Assembly: GCF_036321535.1 (NCBI RefSeq) | Contig: NC_087436.1 | Coordinates: 17,918,001 to 17,982,000, forward strand | Direction of reading: 5' to 3' | DNA from: Camelus dromedarius | Lineage: Eukaryota | DNA length: 64,000 nucleotides | Part shown: positions 51,266 to 64,000 of the stretch, in pieces | Layout: each line of letters begins with the position of its first letter | Numbering within the stretch: position 1 is the first letter of the stretch | Notes under the pieces: model-generated | Database searches by the model: none | Told to the model about the DNA's origin: nothing | Seen by the model: only the letters and a program-made list of their open reading frames with translations | Translations under genes and position numbers: made by a program

Positions 51266-52900
51266 AGCAGCCTTACTGAAAAGTTGACATTTGAACAACT
51301 TTGCAAAGGAGGTAAGGAGACAGTTATGCAACCTCTGGGGGAGAGCACTCCAGGCAGAATGAATAGCAGGTGCAAAAGCCCTAGGCAGGAGTGACTTGGC
51401 ACATTCCAAAATTATTATAGAGGCCAGCATGGCTGGTGCAGACTAAGGGAGTGGGTAGCGATTCATAGGGCCTTACACGTAGGCTCTTGCAGGTCATTGG
51501 TAGAATCTGGGCTGTTATTTGGGTGAGGTAGGAGAATACTGGAAACTTTTGAACAAATGAATGACCTGTGTTTCAGTGTCACAGGATTACTCTGGCTGCT
51601 GCTGATTCGAGGGGACAAGGATAGAGGTGTGGCAACCTTTTAGGACACTATTGTGGTCATTCATTTGATGATCACTTGGACGTGGTAGTGGTGATGGGAG
51701 TGATCAGAAGGGACCTCAGTCTGGGCTGTTTTGATGGTGGAGTTGATGGGATTTACTGACGTGTGTGTGAGCGACAAGATGACTCCCAGGCTTGTGCTGT
51801 GGCCGCTGGAAGAATGGAGTCACCCCTGACTGAGGTGGGAAGGCTGCCACAGCTTTAGAAGGGAGAAGGTTTTTGGGGAGATAGGGTAAGTTGAAGGTAC
51901 CCGTTAGGCATTTAAGTAGGTCTGTTGAGTGGGCAGTTGAGTTTAAGGATCTGGGGAAAGATCTGGTTTGGAGACACACATCTGAGATTCCTAAGGATAG
52001 GGATGGATGAGGTTCCCAAGAGAAGGGGAAAGGTCAAGAGCAATCCAACAGAATGGGGCGAGGAGAAGGCGCGGGTGGAGGAGCCCACGCAGGGCAGCCT
52101 GGGTGTCAGAAGGAAAACAAAGGGCATGAGGTTGCAGAAGCAAGTGATGTGCACGTTTCAAGAAGGCAAAAGCGAATATGCCTGATGCTGCAGGTGACAG
52201 GTCAGGTAAGGTGAGAACCAAGAATTGTCCAGTAGACTTGGAATGGGTCCTTCTGCTGCGACCGACCGTGTTCTGAGAGTGGATTCATGACAGTGGAAGA
52301 GAAATTGGAGACCGAGAGCATGGAAATTTTCTCCTTAGTTTTGCTGTGAAGGCGAGCAGAGAAATTGGTGTTAGCTGGCTGGGGGAATGAAGTCAAAGTG
52401 TTTTTCTTTCTTTAAAAAAAAAAAAAGATAGCATGTTTGTATGCTAATGGCAATGAACCGAAAGGAACAAACTGAAGTCGAGCATCATTTCAGAGCAGGC
52501 ATGAGAATGTAAGGAGCTGACACACAAGGACACTCAGTGTTAGTTAGAAGCATCTTTGGGTCATCTGCAGAAACGTGAGGGAATGCAGAGTCCATGGGTG
52601 CTGGTGGGCAGAAGGCTACAAGAGATCTTTTCCAATTGCCTGTGTTTTCTCGGTGAAAAAGGAAGGTATGAATTGTCCATGTGAGAGTGAATAGGGAAAT
52701 GCTCTGTGCTGCCTAGGAGATTTGTGGGCAGCATGAAATCTTCAGATGCATTAGTCAATCTTGAGATTAAAATGAGACCCATCTTCTTACTGCAGTTTTA
52801 TCTAGCCGTATTCAGCAGTGTGGCTGCAGGTATGGAGCTGGTTGGTGGAGACATGGATTAAAGCAGGGGTAGGGTTTTCCAGGGCAGGTATGATGAAATG
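51266..52900. mobile_element. Long L2 LINE remnant
   Basis: 'ccaggcagaatgaatagcaggtgcaaaagccct', 'aggattactctggctgct' and 'gatgactcccaggcttgtgctg' are typical L2 motifs in colinear order. Confidence 0.8.
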
Positions 52901-53869
52901 ATCACTAGGTTGCAAGAGGAATTGAGGATTTATGCAAGAGGAGAGATTAAAACGTATAGGAATGAAACAATATAATTCTAGCATAAGTCTGTGAAAATAT
53001 TTTAGGAGGTCGCTGAAAACTTTTTTGTTAATTTTTGTCATAAAACAATTACAGTTATTAATTGTGGTTAAATAATTACATCGCATTCATTTATAGTTCT
53101 TAGAGGCAAAGACAGTGTTTTAATAAACCCTGTGATCCTGTTTCTAATTTTCTCCTCTACCCTGCCACCCCACCATGCAAAATGTTTATATTTCTGTTTG
53201 CTCATTTACCACTCATTAAACTTGTATTGATTAAATGCCTCTGATGGTCAGGTAGTGTCATATAGTTGGTCTTTTAACACATTCTATGGATTTTATAGTT
53301 CCTGTGATAAGAGGTAAGTAACAAGGCAAATGATTGAAATGCACATACCACATGGCTACGTGTGAACTTGGACTATTCTCATGATCTTCAAGGTCGTCTG
53401 TAAATTGAGAGAGATGATATGAAGTTTTCTGAAGTTTGTTCCTGCTTATAGAAACTCTACATCTTTCTCCCCCAATTTTTTTTATTGTGGGAAAGTACAC
53501 AAGCATAAAATTGATCATCTTAACCATTTTTGAGTGTACAGTTCAGTGTGCTGCCATCAGCACCAGCCAATTCCAGAACTCTTTTCATCTTGTAAATCTG
53601 CAACTCTGTACTCATTAGCCATTTGATCTTTTAAACACTCTATCTTTTAACCATGTACATGTGGATCTCTTTTTACTAGATTTTGGGTGCCTTAAGGGCA
53701 AAATTGCCTTTTGTTCATAACTGTATATTATAAATAATTTATGTACTGTAAATAATTAATAAATGATAAATATTTACTAATTAAATAGCAACATTAGCAT
53801 TAAACATAGAGCTTAGAGAAATTGACATCACTTTTGTTTTCTATCTTACATATTTTTAAAGTTTGCTTT

Positions 53870-54360
53870 TTTTAAATTAAAGTACAGTCAATTACAATGT
53901 GTCAATTTCGGGTGTACAGCACCATGTCCCAGTCATGCATATACATACATATATTCATTTTCATATTTTTTTCCGTTAAAGGTTATTACAAGATATTGAA
54001 CATAGTTCCCTGTGCTATACAAAAGAAACTTTAAAATCTGTTTTTATAATAGTAGCTAACATTTGTAAATCTCAAACTTTCAAATTTATCACTTCCCACC
54101 CGCCTTTCCCCAGTAACCATAAGATTGTTTACTAAGTCTATGAGTCTGTTTCTGTTTTGTAGATAAGTTCATAGTGTCCTTTTTTTTTAGATTCCACATA
54201 TGAGTGATAGATTTTTACAATGGAATACTACTCTGCCATAAAAAAGAATAAAATAATGCCATTTTCAGCAACATGGATGGACCTAGAGATCGTCATTCTA
54301 AGTGAGTTAAGCCAGAAAAAGAAAGACAAATACTGTATGTTATCACTCATATGTGGAATC
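53870..54360 (-). mobile_element. 5'-inverted L1 3' end
   Basis: Antisense terminus to about 54209, then a forward segment at about 54215-54363; TSD taaagtt(t/a)gcttt on both sides. Confidence 0.92.
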
Positions 54361-56147
54361 TAAAGTTAGCTTTATACCAGCTGTTCCCCCATACACAAAT
54401 TTATCTAAAACAAGTAGCTTCCCTTCATTCAAGAGAGCCCACTGAAAGCATCTTTGTTGTCATTTTTTGTCACTTTCCTCTTTGGGGAAGACATTTGTTC
54501 CAAGTGTTTCCCAGGTAAGTTGAGCCTGCATTCCAAAGGAGTTTGGGCACCATCGCCAGATCATTATGCAAATTAAATAAATACAAATTCGAGCTCTTGA
54601 AGCAAAGACCAAGTTACGTTTGGCTTTGAGCTTTGTGTATAAGGGCATTCATAAAGTACAGTTTCTTGGTGATTTTGATATAAAAGACATTTTAGTAGTT
54701 GTGCACACGTCTCACACTCTCTGAGTCTTCATTTGTCAGATTCTGCCTCCCAATCTCATTTCATCCTCATGTGCATCTGCAAGTTAAAACTTCAGCAATT
54801 ATGTTGAAAATTATAAAGTATGCTAGAAACATAATACAAAATAACGGATTGATTTCTTAACTTGCTATTTTGTTTTCACTTTCCAGCAGACAATACAGTT
54901 TAGCTGCAGTAATAAATTAGATCTGAAATTGTCAGGACGACTGGTCCAAGAGAGAATTCAACAGAGAAAGCGATCTCAAGTAGGAAAATCCCTTCAAAGA
55001 TAGTTGTCATTTCTCTTTGCCGAGTTTTATCTTTTTATTTTTTTACCTAATGTAATGCAGTACAATAACTAACTCTCCTAGTGTTTAAATATAACTTTGA
55101 TTCTTATTAGTGAGGTAGAAATATAAAAGAAATTTAAATTCAGAAACCCTAAACTGTCACAAAAATATTTGTTAGATGGAAAACCTTCACTCTTATACTG
55201 TGTTTAGAATATATGTTAAAAGTTGTCACATTTAATCCACTAATTCTATTAAAAGGGGCATATAGTTGTAAACAAGTATTATCTCTTAACTCTGAGTTTA
55301 TCCACCACAAAATGCCTTTTATCATTTCATTTGCCCCATAAGGCATATGTGCTATCATCTATTTTTAATGTTTTGCAGCATATTTATAGGGTGAAGTTAT
55401 GCATTTAAATCTATGGTTGTGTGTTTGGAAACCATCTGTTAGAACTGATTGGAAAATAGAAACTTCTTTTATTAATGCGTTTCCTTATTTGGGGGGACTT
55501 AAATATTTAATATTATCCTTCCTAGTCCACAACTGAAAGAATAAGAAACATTATTGAAAATGACTTCTGTTGTATTCCCACAAGGGGATTCAAACTTTCT
55601 TGTCTCGTATTCTGTCATATTTCAGAATCATTGTGTTATAAAAATAAACATTTGTGATTTACCAAGGCAGCAAAAAATGTATGTTTTTTAATTAATAGTA
55701 AGTTTTAAAATTAATCGTAAGTTAGTTGTTTTTAAAGTTCAGGCTATGTTAGAGGGAACAGTCATGATAGACTTGTCCTCAGATAGAGGAATGATAAGTC
55801 TACTTATTTGAAAATTCATTTAGCCAGTGGGAGAAGGTAAGGTGGGGGTGGAATCAAAAATCGGTACAGCAGAGTCCCTGATTTCAAGGAAGTTAAACAG
55901 AGCTGCAAAATACACATAGTAATTCATAAACGAGGGGTATGATGAGTCTCCAAAGAAGGGCGTAAGAATTTTGTGCAAATTGGTCACAGCTTGTTTCAGT
56001 GTAATCAGTGAATCTATAGGTAATCACTCTAAGAAAATTATTCTACTTACCTCTCCTTGACTTTTACCCCTTTAGAAGTGGACCAGTACTGTCAGATTTA
56101 TTCTCTCTTCTCTTTTTTCTTTTTTATTCTCTGGGAAATTTTATCTC

Positions 56148-56678
56148 TTTTTTTATGGAAGTATAGTCAGTTTATAATGTGTCAATTTCTGGTGTACAGC
56201 ATCATGTTTTAGTCATACAATTACATATATTTATTTCTTTTCATATTCTTTTTCATTATAGGCCACTACAAGATGCTGAATATAGTTCTCTGTACTAAAC
56301 AGTAGGACCTTGTTGTTTACCTGTTTTATACCTAGTAATTAGTATCTGCAAATCTTGAACACCCAATTTATCCTTCCACACCCCCTTTCCCCCCAGTAAC
56401 CATAAGTTCATTTTCTATGTCTGTGAGTCTGTTTTTATTTTGTAAATAAGTTCATTTGTGTCCTTTTTTTAGATTCCACATGTGAGGATATCATATGGTA
56501 TTTTTCTTTCTCTTTCTGGCTTACTTCACTTAGAATGACATTCTCCAGGTCCATCCATGTTGCTGCAAATGGCATTATTTTATTCTCTTTTATGGCTGAG
56601 TGGTGTTCCATTGTGTGTGTGTGTGTGTATGTATATATATATATATGCATTCATATACACACACACACATCATCTTTA
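56148..56678 (-). mobile_element. 5'-truncated L1 with internal (GT)n(AT)n
   Basis: Minus ORF reads TMEHHSAIKENKIMPFAATWMDLENVILSEVSQKEKEKYHM (ORF2p C-terminus), followed by 3'UTR. Confidence 0.92.
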
Positions 56679-58172
56679 TAGGGATGTCTTTCAATATTGA
56701 AATAAACACACTCCCTCTAGGACTGCACGTGCAAATATTTTATCAAACGTCCTATAACAGGTTAGAAGTGAGTCAGGAGAGAGGGTCCTGGGACAGGAAC
56801 TCTGGGTGTGGCTTTCACCGCTGTACAGCCTCCAACAAAAGAGGGAAAGACAGACACAAAGACCACCACCGATTCAGAATCTATGTTGGCACTTGTATTT
56901 CAAACTCATATTTACATTTTTATAAGTGAAACACATGTGGAGATGCTGTGTAGAAAGTGATGACAAAATACACCTGGGTCAGCGGATCCTTGGTGCACAT
57001 TTTAAAGGAAAATCATATTTTCTTCAGTTCACCCAAGTCAAGAAGCTTATGTCCCAGAGGTTTTCATTTAATAGTCATTCTGTTTTCTACTTTGATTAGT
57101 ATTTTTCCTGTATTTCTTCTGGATTTTCAAGCATTAGCAGAAAGGAAGATGAAGTATAGACATTCGTTTTACTTGCTTCATACTGTAAAGAAGTCAAGTT
57201 ATTTTTAAAAAGCAAATAACAGACAAATAACCCATTAAAGTCCTAAGAAAGAAATGGTTGGGTTTTAGTTTCCCCTGTAGACTTCAGAGAATTCTCTTTT
57301 TCAGTGGGCTTCATATCGGAATTTTGTTTTCCCAGGGATTTGATATATAAACTTGTTCTTTAGCTTTTTAAAAAAATTCCAAACAACAAAAAACAAACAA
57401 AAGCAAAGCAAGAAATGTACAGAAAACCAAAGGGAACTAACCAGGATCTGGTCTTCGTAGAATGAGTAGGAGGGTGACGGGCTGACATCATTCCTGGTTC
57501 TTCCCCAGCGGTTGTTTGTATAAATAAATCCTTTGAGGTGAAGTATCTTGCTGTTTTACTTCATTAAGACCTATTTCATTATTTGCAAGTTTTTACTTTA
57601 AAAGCCTACAGATCTGAAATGTGGGATCATGGCCCATCATTTCTGTATGTTGTAGATTGAAATGCCAGCTCCTTAAAAGTATTTGGTGAATAATTATAAC
57701 AGAATCTGGACTAGAAGGGTATATCCTTCGTGTTGAGTTTGTGGTTTAAAATTGCTAATGCGTATCATCAGAGATGGATGATCTATTACACAGTACTGAA
57801 TACCCAGCGTCACCTATGTAGAATTCTTTCAGAAACAGCTTATCCTAGGTCACTAGAATGTGGACCCCCTTAAAAAAGTCTGTTTCTTTAAAAAAAAAAA
57901 AAAAAGGATTTTTCAGAATGCAACAGAGTCCTTGATTGGATCCCTATCAGAACAAAGTGTAAAAGACACGTTTGGGACAGGTGGGGCGATTTTAATATTG
58001 ACTATATGTTATATACTGTTGAATTCATGCCAGTACTTTTAGGTGTGATAATGGAATTATGTTTATGTAGGGGTATATTCTTAATCTTAGAAGATACATA
58101 TTAATGTATATGAGGGAAGATTTTATGATGTTTACGTGTGTTTTCACATTTTGGCAGAAAGAAAAAGCTATA

Positions 58173-58208
58173 TGTATTAGGGTTCTCCAGAGAAACAGAG
58201 CTGATAGA

Positions 58209-58264
<56 letters not shown>

Positions 58265-58490
58265 AGAGTGATTAATTTTAAGGAACTGGCTTGTATAATT
58301 ATGGAGACTGTCAGGTTCAAAACCTACAAGGTGAGCATCAGGCCAGAGACCCAGGGAGGGGGCGATGTTGTAATTCAAGTCCACCGGCTGTCAGGCGGAG
58401 CCGAGGTCACAGTTTAAGTCTAATGGCAGATGAAGTTCCCTCCTGCTCAAGGGAGGTCAGTCTTCTGTTGAATGAATGAGGTTCCCCCCC
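58173..58490. mobile_element. MLT2-type ERVL LTR fragment with (GT)n expansion
   Basis: 'tgtattagggttctccagagaaacagagc...aaggaactggcttgtataattatggagactg' is a typical MLT2 end; (GT)n at about 58214-58260. Confidence 0.85.
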
Positions 58491-59654
58491 CCATGATTCC
58501 CACAATTTTCCTTGTGATCTAGGCTTCCTGACACCTGTGGCATCTTGTACCCCCAAGCTAAAATGCCCCAGGCGTCTGTCTTCAAAATCAACCAAAGAAG
58601 TCACCGTCCTTCCCTAAGTCCCAACATGTCACCAGGAGTAATGTAAGAAGTATGTGGCAGGAGGAAGAGAATTCTAATTCAATCCAGAAAAAGCCTCTAT
58701 GTCTAAGTCTCTATTCTACCTCTTGCTTCTTTGGGCAGTAACTTGATTTATGTCCCCTTTTGGGGGAAAATGTCGGTAAGATTGCCTAGGACAGTTGGCA
58801 GCAGCAGAATAACTGTTTGTGCAAACACGTCCTAAACTGTAAAGCGCTGTGAAAACAACAAGGCAGTGGTGTGGGGCATGTCGGTGGCCAGATGGCTCTC
58901 GTGGACTTATTTCATTTTAAAATAGAATCAACTTTTGTCCCTTCATTAATCTGCTCTCAGCATCCCTTTCATGGCACTGTACCCTCCAGAAGTCTTTCTT
59001 TTCTGAGAACTCTGGGAGCAGCCGCTTACTTGGCTTCTAAAATGACAGAAGCTGAAATAGCCAGCACACAGACGGAATCTATAACTTCTATGAATTTTTA
59101 TAAAATATCCATAATCTGGAGAGAATGTTCACCCATTTTAATAGTCGTAACACGTCTTTAATTTCACATCCCCAAATCGAGTTCACGGCTTGCAAGCCCC
59201 AGCTTTTTCCCCCCTCCGAGGCAGACGTACCCACGTAGACCACAAAGTGCTGTTTTGCTCAGAGAAGAGCTCTTAGGTGCACAGTTTTAGATGAAGATTG
59301 TCCTAAAATTCCTCCAAACCATAGCCTCTTCTTCATGTTGGCGATTTTCAGAGGAGCTCTGAAAGTTGTAAATGGAACATATAACAAGTTTCTAACAGCA
59401 TAAACAGAGATCTGAATCAGCTGCCTATTTCATTTTATGCAAAGAAACAACTGACCAGTAGAATGAATGCTTTTTACAGGTTGTTGTTATTCCAAACACC
59501 CTAAGCATTACATCCAGTATACATAAACTGTAACTTCGCAGTACTGGGGATTCGGGGTTTGGTTGTATCTGTATTGACGTTCTGGCTGTGATACTGTCCT
59601 AGAGTTTTGCAAAATGTTACAACTGAGGGAAAGTGGATGAAGGGCTTTTGGAAT

Positions 59655-59823
59655 CCTTTTTTCTGAAGTACAGTTGACTTAATATATAATAAGAGTTCCA
59701 AGTGTATAGCATTGTGATTCAGTATTTTTACAGATTATACTCCATTAAAAGTTATTATAAGATAATAGGTATAATTCCTTGTACTATGTAATATATCCTT
59801 GTTGCTTATCTATTTCATATATA
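59655..59823 (-). mobile_element. Short L1 3' end next to an older L1MC-like fragment (about 59535-59655, +)
   Basis: 'ctgaagtacagttgacttaatatataat...gtgattcagtatttttacagattatactccattaaaagttattataag'. Confidence 0.8.
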
Positions 59824-60865
59824 GGCACACATGCTGTTTTAATTGGTCGGATCATTACTGAGCAGATTGAAGTCATAAAGGCAATGAATTATTAAAAAAC
59901 AATCCAGCTTTCTTAAGAACGAAGTCATTTAGTTTCAATGATTGTGTGATTCTGAAAGGTATAATGTCTCGATGTGAAGAAAGAAAACAAATAAAAGATC
60001 CTAATTAGACAATGTTCTCTTTTACTGTTGAATATAATGGGACAAAATAAAATATTACTTGTTTTTGTTTTTTTCCAATCTTGGTTCTTTTATAGATCTT
60101 AAGGAATGCTGCTTTTTTTTTTGGGTCAATTCCCAGAAATGCAGTAACATTTTAAGTGATGCCATAGCACAGATAAGTAAGTTGACAGTAAAAAATACTA
60201 CTTTTTTCATTCTTCAGAATAATCTTTTAAAACGGTAGATGTTTGTTGTGATAATGATTTAAGGAGGATGTGAGTCCAGTAAGATATTTTGTGACCTTCC
60301 TAAGCTCATCCTAGTTCTGCCTAGTCCTGTCTTGTGACCCAACTTCATTCTTTCCTCCCCACCCCACCCCACCCCAGGTCTCAGCTCATATTAAGGATCT
60401 CTATGTTTCAAGCAAAGTATTAACTTGGACAAACTTGTCCTGTGTTTTCTGTGCTTGCTGTATTTCTGGATGAAGTGGGTTGATTCAGAAGCATTTCTCG
60501 CTCCCGTCTGGCCCTGGCCCATGGGTCCTGAGTTGCGTGGAGATGAGCAGCTGGCACGGGAAGGCAGGACAGCATCAGTTGCCAGGGTTACAACCCCTTC
60601 AGGATGCATCTCCTGATGCCGCGTGCAAATGCCTTTGCCGGGGGATGCGGTGGAGTGAGGGTGAGTTAGCCGAGAGGACTGTTCATGTCCTTGTTGAGCT
60701 TAGGTTCAAATAGAAGAGGGTAGACATGTGTCAGACGAGTTCAGGGTAGTGCCAGCAGAAAGGTGTAAGGAAGGGAGAGCCCATCCATCTTGGAGTGTGC
60801 AGGCGCTGGCCTTTGGGCGTGACCTTACAAAATGGGCGGGATTTCTGACGAGCAAAGATGGCAGG

Positions 60866-60998
60866 GTGGGGGGAGGGGTATAGGTCAGTGGCAAAGCACA
60901 TGCTTAGCGTGCACGAGGTCCTGGGTTCAATCCCCAGTACCTCCATTAAAATACATGTAAATAGAAAAACCTAATTACCTCCTCTCCCCCAAAACAAA
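60866..60998 (+). mobile_element. tRNA-derived SINE (camelid Vic-1-like)
   Basis: 'ggggaggggtataggtcagtgg...gaggtcctgggttcaatccccagtacctccattaaaa...aacctaattacctcc'; perfect 12-bp TSD aaagatggcagg at 60854-60865 and 60999-61010. Confidence 0.92.
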
Positions 60999-61324
60999 AA
61001 AGATGGCAGGAAGAGGCATGCTGGATGGAGGGGGTAATGTGGGTAATGCTTCAGAGACTAGAAATACCAGACAGGTCTGTGCATTTAGTCCTTGGAGTAG
61101 AGGGTGCATACAGGGAATCAGCATGAGGATGGAGCCCCGCTGTGACAGCGTTCGGTCGGGGCTGTGCTTTGGGACATTTTGGAGCGGACAGTGCTTACTT
61201 TCATACTTAAAGGTACTTGTTAATTCATTCAGTTTTCTTACTTTTTCTATAGTTGTTTCTTAATATATCAATATTTTTAAAATACTGAGTTCCAGAAAAG
61301 ATGATCTTACAATATATCTTCTTT

Positions 61325-61493
61325 TATTGCTTTTTTGGTTTTTTTTGGGTTTTTAAAATTTTTTTAGCTGAAGTAGAGTCAGTTTACAATGTTGTGTCAA
61401 TTTCTGGCGTACAGCATAATAGCTCAGTCACACATATACATACATATATTCGTTTTCATATTCTTTTTCACTATAGGTTGCTGTGAGATATTG
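61325..61493 (-). mobile_element. Short L1 3' end
   Basis: 'gctgaagtagagtcagtttacaatgttgtgtcaatttctggcgtacagc'; TSD-like atatatctt(c/a)ttt on both flanks. Confidence 0.88.
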
Positions 61494-62019
61494 ATATATC
61501 TTATTTCAAAGAGAAACTTCCATTTTGTGGAATGTCTAAAACCAAGTAGGATTTAGTTGATCCTTCCCCGTCTTCTTTCACAGTTTTCATTTTTTAATGA
61601 ATAGATTTAACAAGATCTTTTAATATTTCATATTTTGTCACTATTTAAATAATATGCGACTGCTGATTTCATTGTCATTTGATTAATGGTGTTACAAAGC
61701 AACCTATTTTTCTACCAGTGACGAACTCTGAAAGGAATTCTTGAACCAGGATGAAGGCACAGGCATCATAGTATTAGATTAAAATTTAGATTACCCAGAG
61801 TTGAGGTACTTGCACTAAATTACATCAGAACACAGGAGAAAGGACTGTTTTGTGATCATTTAAACATGGTACTGTCAAAAATAACTATGTACAGGTTGTC
61901 TGTGTACGGAAAAAATGAAGTAGTTGTATGTGTAATAGAGCTGAAATCACCTGGAATTCATTAAAAATAAAGGCTGGACCTACCACGCAGGTCTTGTCCA
62001 AGTTTATGACATCTAATTG

Positions 62020-62215
62020 GAAATTAATACTGAATGCTGATTACGTCCCCAGTGCTGTGCCAGGCCTTTGGCTCAGTCCTCACACCGTGACGTGGGTACT
62101 GTCCCCGTTTTCTGGGTGAGGAAACCAGGGCTCGGAGCTGCACATATTTGACTCATGATCCCACGTGGCTAGTGGGACACTGCTGTTTGAATTTAGCTCT
62201 GTTTGCCCAGAGAGC
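62020..62215 (-). mobile_element. MIR SINE
   Basis: 'tcctcacaccgtgacgtgggtactgtccccgttttctgggtgaggaaaccagggctcggag'. Confidence 0.75.
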
Positions 62216-64000
62216 CGTTTGGGGCTTGTAACCACCAGTAATTTCACCAGATCAGCTCTTGAAAGAGTGTATGGGCCAGACCCTAAATGGTTTAGGACCA
62301 ACATTGAAACACTCACGGGGAACAGATTTCTCAGGGCAAAGAGCAATACCGACCGTGTTGATGAGAGAATAACTTAAAGTGTCAGCACTTTAGGTGAAAA
62401 ATGTGTGTGTGTGTGTGTGTGTGTTGTTATTGTTGTTATTGTTATTAGGGCATTTCTGATCAGTAATGGACTGGAGGAGGGAACACCCCTAGCCTTAGCG
62501 TCCCTGGCAGAGTCAGTGTCTGGGAGTTCCCGGGCAGTCGCTCTCTCTAGATCTCCAAAATGTTCTCAGCCGGGTGTGATGAGACAGCCTTCTATCCAGG
62601 GAATTCTGATACCAATTTTGGTCTGAGGATTCCCATAACAAAGTTAGTTCTTGCACATACCCACACAAGGAATTTGATCTTCTAAATAAATGGTTATAAA
62701 TTGACTCAGCTTTTTCTGATACCTGTTTATATCTACTTGGGTCTTCTCTACAGCCCCTGTTCTGATATTATCCATATTATATGTGAATAATGTGTATTAT
62801 ATGTAATATATTGTATTCGTTGGAAGAGGGTGTAAGTTTTTACTTATTACAATTCTGAGTTAAATAAACAACAGGAAAATGCTTGCCGTGACTTTGGATG
62901 TTCTTATTTTGAGATTTTTTCAAGGTCTTGTAACCGTGAAGTTAATCGTTAACCTTGATTTATATCATGCATTCTTTCAAAAGCTCTAAATCAATATATG
63001 TTTTAGTGTTCTGTACAGCGATTACTGAATATCATCTCTGTATCTTACCTGTCACAGCTCTGGTGTCTAGAAGGCACTGAATATACTTTGAATCACTTGT
63101 TTCACAGAGTATATAAAATACGTTCTAAAACGTCATCTGTTGAATCCTAATTTTTATAGACTTTCGCCTGTCATAGCAGGATTAAGTTCCATTGCTCAGT
63201 GTCAGGCAGTAGCCCTGACTAAGCCAGAGACCTGTCAGAGCTACACTTGGGAGCTGGACAAGAACTCAGCTGTTTGGCTGTTTTTTGTTTTTTTTTTAAA
63301 GACCTTGTTAAAATTCTCTCTATTCTGATCCCTCACCCTCATGCAAACCACAGTCTAAGGGAAATCTCATACCCTGGCCGCCAAACTGGAATGGATCACT
63401 CTGGCCTGCTCCCATGGTTGGACAGGGAGTGGGGGAACTAGTTTGTTTTTATATGTGAGTCCTACTTTCCAACTTTATAAATCAGGAAAGCAAAATGTCT
63501 AAAATTCTGGGATTTTCTATTTTAGAAATGTGTTGTGTATTATAATGAGGGCTTTAGCAATGTTAACATGGCATTTTATGTCTGTCTTCTTAAAATATGG
63601 TTATATAAAGCAACAGATACTTAGTGGGCATTAGTATATGCCAGACAGCATTTCACTTATAAACCATGAGAGGTGCATCTAGAACCAGAGTAACAGATTT
63701 CTTTTCACAGAGAATATCAGGATGACAGCTGATTGTACATGAAGCAAGGAGTTTACTCTTTCTGTGCTATAAATGGCGTCCAGAAATAGTGGTGACAGAG
63801 TGTAATAAAGACCAAAAGAAGAAAGACTTAGAAAACCAGGAAGGTCATAGGAAAGTATAAGAAAGAAAATTAAGGCTACTCCAAACAAAGGAAAGAAATT
63901 ACCTAGAAATAAATACTACATCGTAAAGCTGAGCACAGCAGTGCTACTGAGGGTCTGCTCAATGGTAAACTAATGTTTTGAAAAGATTTTAAGAAATTAA

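Larger units (their letters stand above)
1..64000 (+). other. Probable intronic region of a large, unidentified + strand gene (camelid genome)
   Basis: No long unique ORF, repeat mosaic, visible T>A and G>C skew on + (by eye, not counted), most young L1 3' ends antisense. Camelid origin inferred from Vic-1-like SINEs. Confidence 0.6.

Noticed and set aside
53288..53320. ttatag|15 nt|gtaagt microexon-like motif
   Set aside because: Poor pyrimidine tract and lies in L2-like sequence.
60866..60950. tRNA-like A/B boxes
   Set aside because: SINE body, A tail and TSD show it is a retroposon, not a tRNA gene; the same holds for 51044-51249.

Overview
This is mammalian genomic DNA, AT-rich and CpG-depleted. 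It is most likely camelid (alpaca, llama or camel), because it carries tRNA-derived SINEs resembling camelid Vic-1 and many short copies of a young L1 3' end. I see no convincing protein-coding gene: the ORF track is chance ORFs plus a few L1 ORF2 remnants. The + strand looks T/G-rich by eye and most young L1 3' ends are antisense to it, which suggests the intron(s) of a large + strand gene that I cannot identify. A few short exon candidates have good splice signals. The window is a mosaic of L1, L2, MIR, hAT DNA transposon fossils, LTRs and microsatellites; subfamily names are from recall of consensus sequences, and boundaries of old repeats are approximate. The most unusual structure is a 95-bp, 94/95-identical inverted repeat (23438-23532 and 24669-24763) around a 1,136-bp spacer, which may be an inversion scar and a potential intronic dsRNA stem. 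Also notable are five 5'-inverted (twin-primed) L1 insertions, a SINE tandemly duplicated through its own target-site duplication (TSD), a (GGGTCA)5 array and a degenerate ~23-bp minisatellite. I cannot support a claim of a new gene system.
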